Source: Myxococcota bacterium
GTDB taxonomy: Bacteria; Myxococcota_A; UBA9160; JAFDET01
NCBI GenBank assembly: GCA_028278065.1
Contig: JANQFA010000251.1
Location: 11,186 to 75,185 of the forward strand
DNA length: 64,000 nt
Direction of reading: 5' to 3'
The position numbers were made by a program, and so were the translations under genes. The first letter of the stretch is position 1. Every line of letters begins with the position of its first letter. The notes beneath the pieces were generated by a model. That model saw only the letters and a program-made list of their open reading frames with translations. It was not told where the DNA came from and ran no database searches. Below are positions 9,217-18,341 of the stretch, piece after piece.

Positions 9217-9217
9217 C

Positions 9218-9790
9218 ATGCCCAGGAACCGACACACCCGCTCCCGCGAGGAGAAGAGCTCGGAGATCGTCGCCATCGCCCAGCGGCTCTTCGTCGAGCG
9301 GGGCTATGCGGGCACGACGATGGCCGCGATCGCCCGCGAGGCCGGCGTCGCCAGCAACGTGGTGCACTGGTACTTCGCGACCAAGGACGAGCTCTTCGTG
9401 GCGGCGCTCGACGCCCTCCAGTCCGAGGGCCTGGCCGAGCTGGGGCGCCGCCTCGCGAAGGCGATCCCCGGCGAGGAGCGGAAGCAGCTCGAGAGGGTCC
9501 TGGCCGAGCTGGCCGGGCGCCTCCTCGGCCTCCACGGAGTGATCGCAACGGTGCACGAGCGAGCCCACGTCTCGCCCGTCGTCGCCGAGTTCCACGAGCG
9601 GGCGCACCGGCGCTACGCCGAGCACCTCGGCCGGGCCGTCGCGTGCTGCGACGTGCCGGAAGCCGAGCAGGCCCTGGTCGTGGACGCCCTCTTCACCGCC
9701 ATCGAGGGGCTCGTCATGCACCGCGCCGGCCGGCGCGAGGCCCGCCGCATGATGTCGTTCCTCGTCCAACGGCTCGTCGGCGCGAGCTGA
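9218..9790 (+). CDS. TetR family transcriptional regulator
   Basis: HTH motif TTMAAIAREAGVASNVVHWYFATKDELF. Confidence 0.9.
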   Translation: MPRNRHTRSREEKSSEIVAIAQRLFVERGYAGTTMAAIAREAGVASNVVHWYFATKDELFVAALDALQSEGLAELGRRLAKAIPGEERKQLERVLAELAGRLLGLHGVIATVHERAHVSPVVAEFHERAHRRYAEHLGRAVACCDVPEAEQALVVDALFTAIEGLVMHRAGRREARRMMSFLVQRLVGAS

Positions 9791-9808
9791 CCACGGGAGG
9801 CAGGACCC

Positions 9809-10984
9809 ATGTCCACGTTCGAATTTCCGATCGGTGTACACGCGTTGCACCGCAACGAAGGCCTCGACTTCCAGCTCAACCGGCTGGCCGGCCTCGGGGG
9901 CGGCGATCTCGACGAGATCCGCGAGGCCGCAGCCCGCATCGACGACCTCGCCGACTGGAAGCGCGAGTTCCTGGCGCTCGGCGACCGGGCCCTCGCCGAG
10001 GGCCGCCTGCGGCAGGCCGGCGCCTACCTGCGCGCCGCCGAGTTCCACATGTCTCCCGGCGACCCCGACAAGGCCGTGGCCTACGAGCGGCAGGCGAAGC
10101 TCTTCGAGGACATCTACGCCGACGATCTGACCACGGGCCGTCTACGGCGGGAGGAGGTCTCGTACGCGGAAGGCCACCTCCCCGCCTGGTGCGTCGCGGT
10201 GCCCGATGGGGAGGCGAGCCGAGGCACGATCGTCCTCCACGGTGGATTCGACTCCTACGCGGAAGAGCTCTACCCGTTGGCCCGGGCAAGCGCGGCCGAG
10301 GGCTACGAGACCGTGCTCTTCGAAGGGCCGGGGCAGGGGAGCGTGATGCGCCGACAGGGCATCCACTTCACGACGGAGTGGGAGCGGCCGGTCCGTGCGC
10401 TGCTCGACCACTTCCATCTCGACGACGTCACCCTGGTCGGACTCTCGCTCGGCGGCTATCTCGCGCCGCGCGCGGCCGCCTTCGAGCCGCGGGTTCGCCG
10501 GGTCGTCGCATTCGGCGTCATGTGGGACTTCTTCGAGGTGCTGCTCTCGAAGCTGCCGCCGCCCGCCCGCCTGCTGCAGCGGTCGCTGCTGGCCGTGGGT
10601 GCAGACGGTGTCGTGGATCGGCTGGTCCGACTGCGCATGCGGCAGGATCCGTTCACCCGCTGGGCCATCGAGCACGGCACCTATGTCTTCGGCGTCGAGC
10701 GGCCGTCGCAGTACATCGCCGCGGTCCGCGGCTTCACCACCCGGGAGATCTCGTCGCAGATCACCCAGGACTTCCTGCTCCTGACGGGCAACGCCGATCA
10801 CTACATCCCGCTGCAGCACTTCCACGCGCAGGCGCGGGCGCTCGAGAACGTGCGCTCCTTCACCGGGCGCATCTTCGGCGCCGAGGAGAGCGCCCAGACC
10901 CACTGCCAGGTGGGGAACGTCGGCCTCGCGCTGCGCGTGATCCTGGACTGGATCGCCGAGCGCACGGCGTCGCTCGCGGCGTGA
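9809..10984 (+). CDS. alpha/beta hydrolase
   Basis: Nucleophile elbow GLSLGG. HGGFDS block. 391 aa with an N-terminal helical lid-like region. Confidence 0.8.
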   Translation: MSTFEFPIGVHALHRNEGLDFQLNRLAGLGGGDLDEIREAAARIDDLADWKREFLALGDRALAEGRLRQAGAYLRAAEFHMSPGDPDKAVAYERQAKLFEDIYADDLTTGRLRREEVSYAEGHLPAWCVAVPDGEASRGTIVLHGGFDSYAEELYPLARASAAEGYETVLFEGPGQGSVMRRQGIHFTTEWERPVRALLDHFHLDDVTLVGLSLGGYLAPRAAAFEPRVRRVVAFGVMWDFFEVLLSKLPPPARLLQRSLLAVGADGVVDRLVRLRMRQDPFTRWAIEHGTYVFGVERPSQYIAAVRGFTTREISSQITQDFLLLTGNADHYIPLQHFHAQARALENVRSFTGRIFGAEESAQTHCQVGNVGLALRVILDWIAERTASLAA

Positions 10985-11047
10985 GGAGGCGCTGGCGAGC
11001 GCGAGGAGCCCAGCGGAGTCGAAGCGGTGGCCCCGGCGGATGTCCGT

Positions 11048-11932
11048 TCAGAGCGTGCGCTCCAGCACGTCGAAGCTGCGGTGGCGGCGGAAGCCGACCT
11101 TCTCGTAGGCGCGGTAGGCGGTGCGGTTGGCGGGCGAGAGCACCAGCAGGGCCTGGTCGGCCTCGCCCTCCCACAAGCGACGCAGTGCCCAGGCGGTCAG
11201 GGCCGAGCCGAGTCCCTCGCCCCGTCGCCCGGGGTCGACGCCGACGAAGGCCACCCAGACGCGGCGCGGCCAGTGGGTCTCGATCTCGCTGAACGCCACG
11301 ACCTCCCCGTCGTGGCGGGCGGCTGCCACTGCGTGGCCTGCGCCGCTCAGCACGGTGTCCATCGTCTCGGGAGTGCGCGGCGCGAAGCCGCACTCGTCGT
11401 AGAGGGCGAGGATCTCGGCCGAGTCGCTCGGCTGGGCCCAGGCGAACTCGAGCTTCGCGTCGGAGATCTCCGGCTCGCGCGGCGGCTCGTCGGAGCGCAT
11501 CAGGAAGTGCTGGCGGACCGGCCGGAAGCCGTGGGCGGCGAGGAGCGAGTAGCCGGCGCGGTTCCGGGTTCCGATTCCCGCCACCACGAGCTGGAGTCCC
11601 AACCCGGGGCCCATCTCCAGGGTGGCGCGAAGGAGCTCGCCGCCCTGTCCGCGCCGTCGTTCGCGTCCGTCGACCACCGGGCAGAGGAGACCCGCGATGC
11701 TCGAGCCGGGGTAGCGCAGGAAGCCCGACATCCCGACCACGCGCCCGTCTTCGCTCTCGGCCACGAGGATGTTCTCTTCGGGGGAGATCCCGTGGCGGCG
11801 ATACTCCGCCACCAGCTCCGCCTCGGTCTCCCAGAGCGGATTCAGCACGAAGTCCGCCTCGCCGCGCAGGCACTCCGCGGAGAGCGCGGCCAGTGCCGTG
11901 GCGTCTTCAGAGCGATAGGAGCGGACGGACAT
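11048..11932 (-). CDS. tandem-GNAT acetyltransferase (two GNAT domains, MshD-like architecture)
   Basis: Two acetyl-CoA motifs, RRRGQGGELL and RRGEGLGSALT. Start taken at ATG 11932 (MSVRSYRSED); the longer ORF to 12010 would run into the promoter region. Confidence 0.75.
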   Translation of the reverse strand: MSVRSYRSEDATALAALSAECLRGEADFVLNPLWETEAELVAEYRRHGISPEENILVAESEDGRVVGMSGFLRYPGSSIAGLLCPVVDGRERRRGQGGELLRATLEMGPGLGLQLVVAGIGTRNRAGYSLLAAHGFRPVRQHFLMRSDEPPREPEISDAKLEFAWAQPSDSAEILALYDECGFAPRTPETMDTVLSGAGHAVAAARHDGEVVAFSEIETHWPRRVWVAFVGVDPGRRGEGLGSALTAWALRRLWEGEADQALLVLSPANRTAYRAYEKVGFRRHRSFDVLERTL

Positions 11933-11985
11933 CGAACACCTCCGAAGGGGCCAGTATACGGTCGGGCCCGCCCGGCGGCGCCCGA

Positions 11986-12015
11986 TTGACACGCGAATCA
12001 GGCCTTCCATAGACT
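11986..12015 (+). promoter_or_regulatory. sigma70-like promoter candidate for the alcohol dehydrogenase gene
   Basis: TTGACA (11986-11991), 18 nt, TAGACT (12010-12015), about 65 nt upstream of ATG 12082. Confidence 0.35.
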
Positions 12016-12081
12016 CACGGCCTCGACCGGTTCGGCCCCCCTTCTGGCGGTCTCCGGTGAGAGGGACGAGGAGAGATCACC

Positions 12082-13191
12082 ATGGGTTACAAGGGCAAGG
12101 CCGTCGTGTGCCGCGTGCCGAACGAGCCGGTCAGCGTCGAGGAGATCGAGGTCGACTCCCCCGGCCCCAACCAGGTCACCATCCAGATGGAGGCCGCCGG
12201 CGTCTGCCACAGCGACCTGTCGGCCACGAACCTCACGATGCCGCTGCCGCTGCCGATCGTGCTGGGTCACGAGGCCTGCGGCAAGGTCGTGGAGGTGGGC
12301 GAGGGCGTCACCGGCTACGCGGTCGGGGACAAGATCATCCCCTGCTGGATCCCGATCTGCGGTCAGTGCAGCTTCTGCCAGGAAGGCCGTACGACCCTGT
12401 GCGACGACTGGGCGAAGGGCTTCGTCGGGCCGAAGGACGGCACCATGCCGCGCCGTGACGCGGGCGGGAATACCCTGAACGCCTTCTCCGGGGTCGGCGT
12501 GATGGCCGAGTACTCGACGATGCACGTGGACAACCTGATCAAGATCGACCCGGACACGCCGTCGGACAAGGCCGCCCTGGTCGGCTGCGGCGTGATGACC
12601 GGCGTGGGCGCGGCGGTGAACCGGGCCAAGGTGACGCCCGGCTCTTCGTGCGTGGTGATCGGCGCCGGCGGCGTCGGGCTCAACGTGATCCAGGGCTGCG
12701 CCGTGGCCGGAGCCGAGACGATCATCGCGGTGGACATGGTCGACAAGAAGCTCGAGTTCGCCCAGACGTTCGGCGCCACCCACACCATCAACCCCAGCAC
12801 CGACGGCGACGTGGTCGGCAAGGTGAAGGAGCTGACCGGCGGCCGCGGCGCGGACTTCGCCTTCGAGGCGATCGGGCTCGGCGAGACGATCGTCCAGGCC
12901 TACCAGGCCACCCGCAAGGGCGGGACGTCGGTGAACATCGGTGTGCCGCGTATGGACGCGATGGCCAACTTCCCCGCCGCGATGATGTGGATGGAGGAGA
13001 AGGCGATCCTGGGCTCCGCGTACGGCTCGGGCGCGCCCAAGACGGACATCCCCAAGCTGATCAAGCTCTACCAGCGGGGCCGCCTCAAGCTGGACGAGCT
13101 GATCACCCAGACCTATTCGATCGACGAGGCGGCCCGCGCCTTCGACGATCTCGAGAAGGGCGTGAACGCCCGGGGCGTGATCCTCTTCTAG
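12082..13191 (+). CDS. Zn-dependent alcohol dehydrogenase (class III-like)
   Basis: Motifs GVCHSD and GHEACG. Structural Zn site CGQCSFCQEGRTTLC. Rossmann motif GAGGVGL. Confidence 0.9.
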   Translation: MGYKGKAVVCRVPNEPVSVEEIEVDSPGPNQVTIQMEAAGVCHSDLSATNLTMPLPLPIVLGHEACGKVVEVGEGVTGYAVGDKIIPCWIPICGQCSFCQEGRTTLCDDWAKGFVGPKDGTMPRRDAGGNTLNAFSGVGVMAEYSTMHVDNLIKIDPDTPSDKAALVGCGVMTGVGAAVNRAKVTPGSSCVVIGAGGVGLNVIQGCAVAGAETIIAVDMVDKKLEFAQTFGATHTINPSTDGDVVGKVKELTGGRGADFAFEAIGLGETIVQAYQATRKGGTSVNIGVPRMDAMANFPAAMMWMEEKAILGSAYGSGAPKTDIPKLIKLYQRGRLKLDELITQTYSIDEAARAFDDLEKGVNARGVILF

Positions 13192-13210
13192 CGGCGCCGA
13201 CCGGCGCGGG

Positions 13211-13230
13211 CAGCGAGGGTTTCCTCGCTG
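13211..13230 (+). terminator. hairpin CAGCGAGG-GTTT-CCTCGCTG downstream of the ADH gene
   Basis: Perfect 8-bp stem with a 4-nt loop, 20 nt after the stop. No U-tract, so terminator function is uncertain. Confidence 0.35.
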
Positions 13231-13278
13231 GCGGCAGCGGGAAATCGTCGTTCTCGCGGAGCCGCTACCCTCCGGGCG

Positions 13279-14835
13279 ATGGGGGGAGCGGCTCCGCGGC
13301 GAGAGCGTCCCGCCCGGGCCGCCGTGATCGACCTGGGCAGCAACGCCCTGCGCCTCCAGATCGCGGAGGCGCGCGAGCCGCGCGGCTCGGTGCTCCTGAC
13401 CCGCGAGCGCGCGCCGGTGCGCCTGGGTCGGGGCGTCTACGAGAGCGGGCGCATCGACGACGCCGCGATCGCCGATGCCGAGCAGGCGCTGCTCCGCTTC
13501 GGGGAGCTCTGCGAGCAGTACGGGGTGCAGCGCGTCCGCGCGGTGGCGACGGCGGCGTTGCGCGAGGCCGACAACCGCGACGCCGTACTGGCGCGGCTCT
13601 CGGCGGCGGCACCCGCTCCGATCGAGGTGATCTCCGGAACCGAGGAGGCGTGGCTCCTGGCCCGCGCCGTCACCAGCCGGCTGGACATGTCGCAGGGTCG
13701 CGCGCTCCTGCTCGACGTGGGAGGAGGCAGCGTCGAGGTGACCCTGCTGCAGGACGGGGTGGCGGTCCTGGCCGACTCCCACCCGCTGGGCGCCGTGCGG
13801 CTGCTCGAGACCGCGCGCCGGCGCTCGGGGTCCGATCACGGCGCGCCCTTCCTCGACGCGCTGGAGGCCGAGGTCGGACGCCACGACTGGCGTCTGCGCG
13901 ATCGCCTGGGCGCGGGAGAGGTGTCGCTCCTGGCCGCGTGCGGAGGCAACGTGGAGACGCTCGCCGACATCGGCGCGGTGGCAGGCGAGGGCTTCGAGGT
14001 GCTCGACGTGGTCTCCCTCGATGCCGTGCTCGACGACCTGGGTCACGTGTCGCCCGCGGAGCGCGCCCGCCGCCACGGCCTCACGCCCGACCGGGCCGAC
14101 GTGATCGTTCCCGCCGCGGTGGTCCTGCGCCGGATGGCGTCGCTGGTAGATGTGAAGCGCCTGCTGGTCCCACGGGTGGGGATCCGCGACGGCATCGAGG
14201 TGGATCTCCTGCCTGGGGAGGCGGGGCGGGATCCGCGCGCCGACTGGCGTCACACCCTGGTTGCTTCGGCACGTGCGCTCGCCCAGCGCTACCGATGCGA
14301 TCCCGACCACTCCGAGTGCGTGCGTCGACACGCCGCCGCGCTCTTCGATGCCACCGCGGCCCTGCACGGCCGCGGACCCGACGAGCGCGCGCTGCTCGAG
14401 GCGGCCGCGATGCTGCACGACGCCGGGAGCTTCGTCTCGTGCGAGGACCACCACGCCCACGGCGCCTATCTGATCGGAGCGAGCGACGTGGTGGGGCTGG
14501 GCGACGCCGAGCGGCTGCGCCTGGCGCTGGTGGCCCGCTATCACCGCGGCCCGCATCCCGCCGAGGACGATCCCGACTACCGGGATCTCGATCCCGGATC
14601 GCGGGCCGGAGTGTGCGTGCTGGCCGCCCTGCTGCGACTGGCCGACGCCCTGGACGCCACCCACCGCGGGGTCGTCGCCGACCTCTCGGTGCGCACCGGC
14701 GAAGAGCCGGGTCGCATGGCGCTGGAGCTCGTCGCCGCCGATGGCACCTCGCTCGCTGCCGAGCTCGAGACGGCCCGGTCGAAGGGTCGTCTCCTCGAAG
14801 AGGTCCTCGGCGTAGCCCTCGAGCTGAGGTCCTAG
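13279..14835 (+). CDS. Ppx/GppA family phosphatase with C-terminal HD domain
   Basis: ASKHA-fold motifs VIDLGSNALRL, ISGTEEA and LLDVGGGS. HD-type LHDAG..HH region. Confidence 0.85.
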   Translation: MGGAAPRRERPARAAVIDLGSNALRLQIAEAREPRGSVLLTRERAPVRLGRGVYESGRIDDAAIADAEQALLRFGELCEQYGVQRVRAVATAALREADNRDAVLARLSAAAPAPIEVISGTEEAWLLARAVTSRLDMSQGRALLLDVGGGSVEVTLLQDGVAVLADSHPLGAVRLLETARRRSGSDHGAPFLDALEAEVGRHDWRLRDRLGAGEVSLLAACGGNVETLADIGAVAGEGFEVLDVVSLDAVLDDLGHVSPAERARRHGLTPDRADVIVPAAVVLRRMASLVDVKRLLVPRVGIRDGIEVDLLPGEAGRDPRADWRHTLVASARALAQRYRCDPDHSECVRRHAAALFDATAALHGRGPDERALLEAAAMLHDAGSFVSCEDHHAHGAYLIGASDVVGLGDAERLRLALVARYHRGPHPAEDDPDYRDLDPGSRAGVCVLAALLRLADALDATHRGVVADLSVRTGEEPGRMALELVAADGTSLAAELETARSKGRLLEEVLGVALELRS

Positions 14836-14839
14836 GCGC

Positions 14840-16708
14840 TCAGCGCCCGCGGTAGCGGTGGATCTCCATGTGGCCGCGCGGCTCGAAGCCGTAGAGCGTC
14901 GCGACGGGCTCGAAGAGGTCCCTGCGCTCGACCAGCGCCTTGAGGTCCGGGTGGCGCTTGATCGCCTGATGGGGGCGCCCGACGTTGACGTAGAGTGGGC
15001 GGCCGCTGCGATCCGCCTCGGCCATCAGCTGGTGGAGCTGCTCGGCCGTTCCGATCTTCCGCACGTTGGGGTCGTAGTAGAAGGGTGTGCGCGCCCAGGA
15101 GACGGTGAGGATCTCGCGGTTCTCGCGGGAGTGGGGATCGAGATGCGGCCGGGTGAGGAGCACGGCCTCGCGCGTGGGCTGGACCGAGCGCGTGCGCAGG
15201 GCGTGACGTACGGGCGCGGTCAGCACGGCGTGGCCGGCCAGCAGCGCCGCGAGCAGGGTCGCCGAGAGGGACCCGGCCAGCCGGGGCGGGCGCACGCCGG
15301 CGAAGACGGCGTCCGCTCCCGTGCAGACCAGGATCGCGACGGAAGGCAGCGCGAAGATCACGTACCACTCGTGAATGAGCGTCTCGCGCAGGGCCACCCC
15401 GACGAGGGTCAGCGGCGCAGGCAGCACCAGGACGCAGGCGATCACCCAGCCGCCCGGACGCCGACACAGGCGCAGCGCTCCGAGCGCGGCGGCGGCGCAG
15501 CTCGTCCACACGATGGCGCCGAAGAGGCGCGGCGTCGCTGCGAGGAGATCGCGGCCCTCCACGTAGTGCTCCTGGAATCGCCTGACTCCCCAGGCGACGC
15601 CCGCCAGCAGGTGGCTGGCCACCTCGCGCAGGAAGCGGGCGTCCAGGACGTCGCGATCCCACTCGATGTGGAAGAGGAACATGAAGAGGTTGGGTCCCAT
15701 GAGCGTCATGAAGAGCCCGGCCGCCAGGGCGCTGGCCACCGCCCAGCGGGTGAGTTGGTCGCGCAGCGCGGCAGAGCCGCGTCGCCGTCGCCAGGTCTCG
15801 ACGACCAGGGCCGCATTGGCGACGCCGAGGATCGCCGCGCCGCCGGGATACACCCAGAGCAGCAGCACCTGCACCCCGCCGAGCGCGACCCATGCGCGCC
15901 AGCGCCCCGTGCGCAGCACCTCGAGCAGCGCAGCGCAGAGCAGCGGGATGCAGAGCAGCAGGAGCGAGTAGCCGCGCGCCTCCGATGCGTAGCGGATCGC
16001 CCAGGGGTGGAGCGCCAGGCACAGGGCAGCGGCCACTCCGGCGCGCGGCATCCCCATGCGTCCCAGCAGGAATCCCGCGGCTGCGATGGCTCCCATCCCG
16101 AAGAGCCAGGCGGGCAGTCGTACCGCGGCCTCGTCCGCGAAGCGGAGCTCGGGGCGGGCGAGCGCGCGCCACCCCGCCAGCGAGGCGCGCGCGGCGAGGC
16201 TGAAGGGCACGTGGTTGTTGGGGCGATTCAGCGTGTACAGCCACGTGTCGCGCGAGCGCACCTCGCGGAAGCGGACCTCGCCGTCGGCCTGGAGCACGTA
16301 GAGACCGTCCACGGAGCGCCTCACCGTGTACTGCTCGTCGTCCCAGAAGGAGAGCGACATGCGCGGCCAGGTCATCCATGCGCCCAGGGCCACCGCGACG
16401 AGAACGCCCACCCAGAGCCAGCGCCTTCCCTCGGGCGAGGGAGCCAGGTCGGCGCAGGGCGCGGGATCGGGCGCGCCCGCCCAGCGTCGGGCCGTCGCCA
16501 GCAGGCCCGCCAAGAGGGCGGCGTTGGCCAGCGCGATCCACCAGCGGTAGTAGCGCGCGTAGTCGATGGGGCGGGGCGGGTGTCCGTCGGCGATGCGCTC
16601 GACCAGCCCCTCGCTCCAGGGCTTGTCGCCGGCGACGAGCGCGATGACGAGCAGGGCCAGGAGCGCGCCCAGCAGCCGGCGCACGAGCCTCACGCGGGCC
16701 TCATACAC
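14840..16708 (-). CDS. polytopic membrane protein, GT-C/glycosyltransferase-39-like
   Basis: 622 aa with more than 10 hydrophobic segments and a C-terminal soluble domain. The family call is pattern-based only. Confidence 0.6.
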   Translation of the reverse strand: MYEARVRLVRRLLGALLALLVIALVAGDKPWSEGLVERIADGHPPRPIDYARYYRWWIALANAALLAGLLATARRWAGAPDPAPCADLAPSPEGRRWLWVGVLVAVALGAWMTWPRMSLSFWDDEQYTVRRSVDGLYVLQADGEVRFREVRSRDTWLYTLNRPNNHVPFSLAARASLAGWRALARPELRFADEAAVRLPAWLFGMGAIAAAGFLLGRMGMPRAGVAAALCLALHPWAIRYASEARGYSLLLLCIPLLCAALLEVLRTGRWRAWVALGGVQVLLLWVYPGGAAILGVANAALVVETWRRRRGSAALRDQLTRWAVASALAAGLFMTLMGPNLFMFLFHIEWDRDVLDARFLREVASHLLAGVAWGVRRFQEHYVEGRDLLAATPRLFGAIVWTSCAAAALGALRLCRRPGGWVIACVLVLPAPLTLVGVALRETLIHEWYVIFALPSVAILVCTGADAVFAGVRPPRLAGSLSATLLAALLAGHAVLTAPVRHALRTRSVQPTREAVLLTRPHLDPHSRENREILTVSWARTPFYYDPNVRKIGTAEQLHQLMAEADRSGRPLYVNVGRPHQAIKRHPDLKALVERRDLFEPVATLYGFEPRGHMEIHRYRGR

Positions 16709-16712
16709 CCGT

Positions 16713-18308
16713 TCAGGCCGCCTCGCCGCCGCGGACGCGCTGCCGGATGGCCTTCACCAGCCGCCCCATGTCGAAGCTGCGGCCGCGCGGGATCTGGAAG
16801 TAGTGGCCGCCGTCGTCCTTGACCAGGAGCCGCACGCGTCTTCCGGCCAGCATCTCCTCGAGCGGCTCGTTCTCGTCGGGCGCGTGGTCGAGGGTGGCGA
16901 AGACCCTGCTTCCGCCCAGCGAGAGCAGCGCCACGTGCACCGGCTCGGCGCCCTCGTCGCCGGTCACGTGAATCGTGGTCGCGCCCTCGACCACGGCGCG
17001 GGCCCCGTGCAGGCTGGCTTCCTCCTCGTCGCCGCGGACCCGGGGCTCCCAGGAGAGCCTCGGCGTCGGCACCCGGGCTCGCTGGCGGCGCGAGCCGGAG
17101 GCCTCGAGAAGGGTCACGTAGACGTTGTTGCCCGGTCCGCCGATCGAGTGGGCGAGGCCCATCCGCGCCCCGCGCACCTGGGCACGAGGGTTGGGGAAGC
17201 GCTCCGTGATCTGGAGATAGGTCTCCGCGATCTGGAAGAGGCCGGTGCCGCCGACCGGGTGTCCGCGCGCCTTCAGCCCGCCGGAGAGGTTGGTGGGGAT
17301 CGTGCCCCGTACGCCCGTCACCGGGTGGTCGAGGGGGTCGCGCGGCTCTTCGTCCAGATCCCCGATCAGGGCCCCCACCGCGTCGTCCGGGTCGCACAGG
17401 CCCAGGTCCCCCAGGTCGATGGGCAGCAGGCTGTTGAAGGCGTCGTGCACCTCGGCCACCAGGCCCTCCACCTCGCGCGGGCCACTCACCCCCGCCCGCC
17501 AGTAGGCGACGGCCGCAGCCTGTCGGGTGGCCTCGAGGCAGCCGAGCTCCTTGCGGTCGAGGATCGAGGACGTCTCGGTCGCGGAGCCCAGTCCCGCGAC
17601 CCGCACCGGCTGGGGCCGGGCCGTGAGGATCACCGCGGCGGCGCCGTCGCAGATCGGGGAGCAGTCCTTGCGCATCAGCGGCGTGGCCACAGCCATGTTC
17701 CGCTCGCTGTCGAAGTAGGCGCCGAGCTCCTCGCGCCGGCCGTGGAACGCGGCCAGTGGATTCTCGGCGCCGAGCGCGTGCGCTCGCACCATCAGCCGCG
17801 ACATCACGTCCGCCACGCGGTCGCGGCGGATGCGCCGCTGGCGCAGCCACGCCTGGGTCACCAGCGCGATCAGCGCGGGCATGGTGAAGCCGAAACGTCG
17901 CTCCACCGGGTCCACCGTCTTCGACATGATGGTGGTGGCCACCTGGGTCGTGACGGTCTTCATGCGCTCGCCGGCCAGCACCAGCACGCTGTCGCACCCG
18001 CCGGAGGCCACCTTGTGGTGCGCCTCGTGGAAGGCGGCCGCTCCGGACGACGAGGCCGTCTCGCTGCGCACCGCGGGAATCCCCACCATGCCCAGGCGGT
18101 CGGCCACCTTGGCTGCGATGTTCGCGCGGTTCTCGAACTCCTCGGTTCCCATGATCCCGATCTGGAGCGCATCGAAGCCGTGGATCGGCGAATCCTCGAG
18201 CGCGCGCTGGCACGCCTCCGAGAAGAGGTCGAACACCGTGGTGAAGATGCGTCCGGTGAGGTCGACCTTGGTCAGGCCCACCCCCGCGACGTAGACCTCC
18301 CTGGGCAT
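16713..18308 (-). CDS. thiolase-fold (SCP-x/Ltp-like) protein with fused C-terminal OB-fold (DUF35-like) domain
   Basis: Start at ATG 18308 (MPREVYVAGVG). Motifs NLSGGLKARGHPVGGTG and HSIGGPG. The expected nucleophile motif reads ETASSSGAAAF (Ser where thiolases have Cys). About 130 aa extra follow the thiolase core. Confidence 0.8.
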   Translation of the reverse strand: MPREVYVAGVGLTKVDLTGRIFTTVFDLFSEACQRALEDSPIHGFDALQIGIMGTEEFENRANIAAKVADRLGMVGIPAVRSETASSSGAAAFHEAHHKVASGGCDSVLVLAGERMKTVTTQVATTIMSKTVDPVERRFGFTMPALIALVTQAWLRQRRIRRDRVADVMSRLMVRAHALGAENPLAAFHGRREELGAYFDSERNMAVATPLMRKDCSPICDGAAAVILTARPQPVRVAGLGSATETSSILDRKELGCLEATRQAAAVAYWRAGVSGPREVEGLVAEVHDAFNSLLPIDLGDLGLCDPDDAVGALIGDLDEEPRDPLDHPVTGVRGTIPTNLSGGLKARGHPVGGTGLFQIAETYLQITERFPNPRAQVRGARMGLAHSIGGPGNNVYVTLLEASGSRRQRARVPTPRLSWEPRVRGDEEEASLHGARAVVEGATTIHVTGDEGAEPVHVALLSLGGSRVFATLDHAPDENEPLEEMLAGRRVRLLVKDDGGHYFQIPRGRSFDMGRLVKAIRQRVRGGEAA

Positions 18309-18341
18309 AGGCGATAGCCTAGCGTTCCCCCGGAGGACGCG

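Noticed and set aside
14835-14847. The mini-palindrome GGCGC-TCA-GCGCC built from the two convergent stop codons (Ppx and the membrane protein).
   Set aside because: It has only 5 bp with a 3-nt loop and is easily produced by chance in GC-rich DNA. It is noted only as evidence of extreme gene packing.
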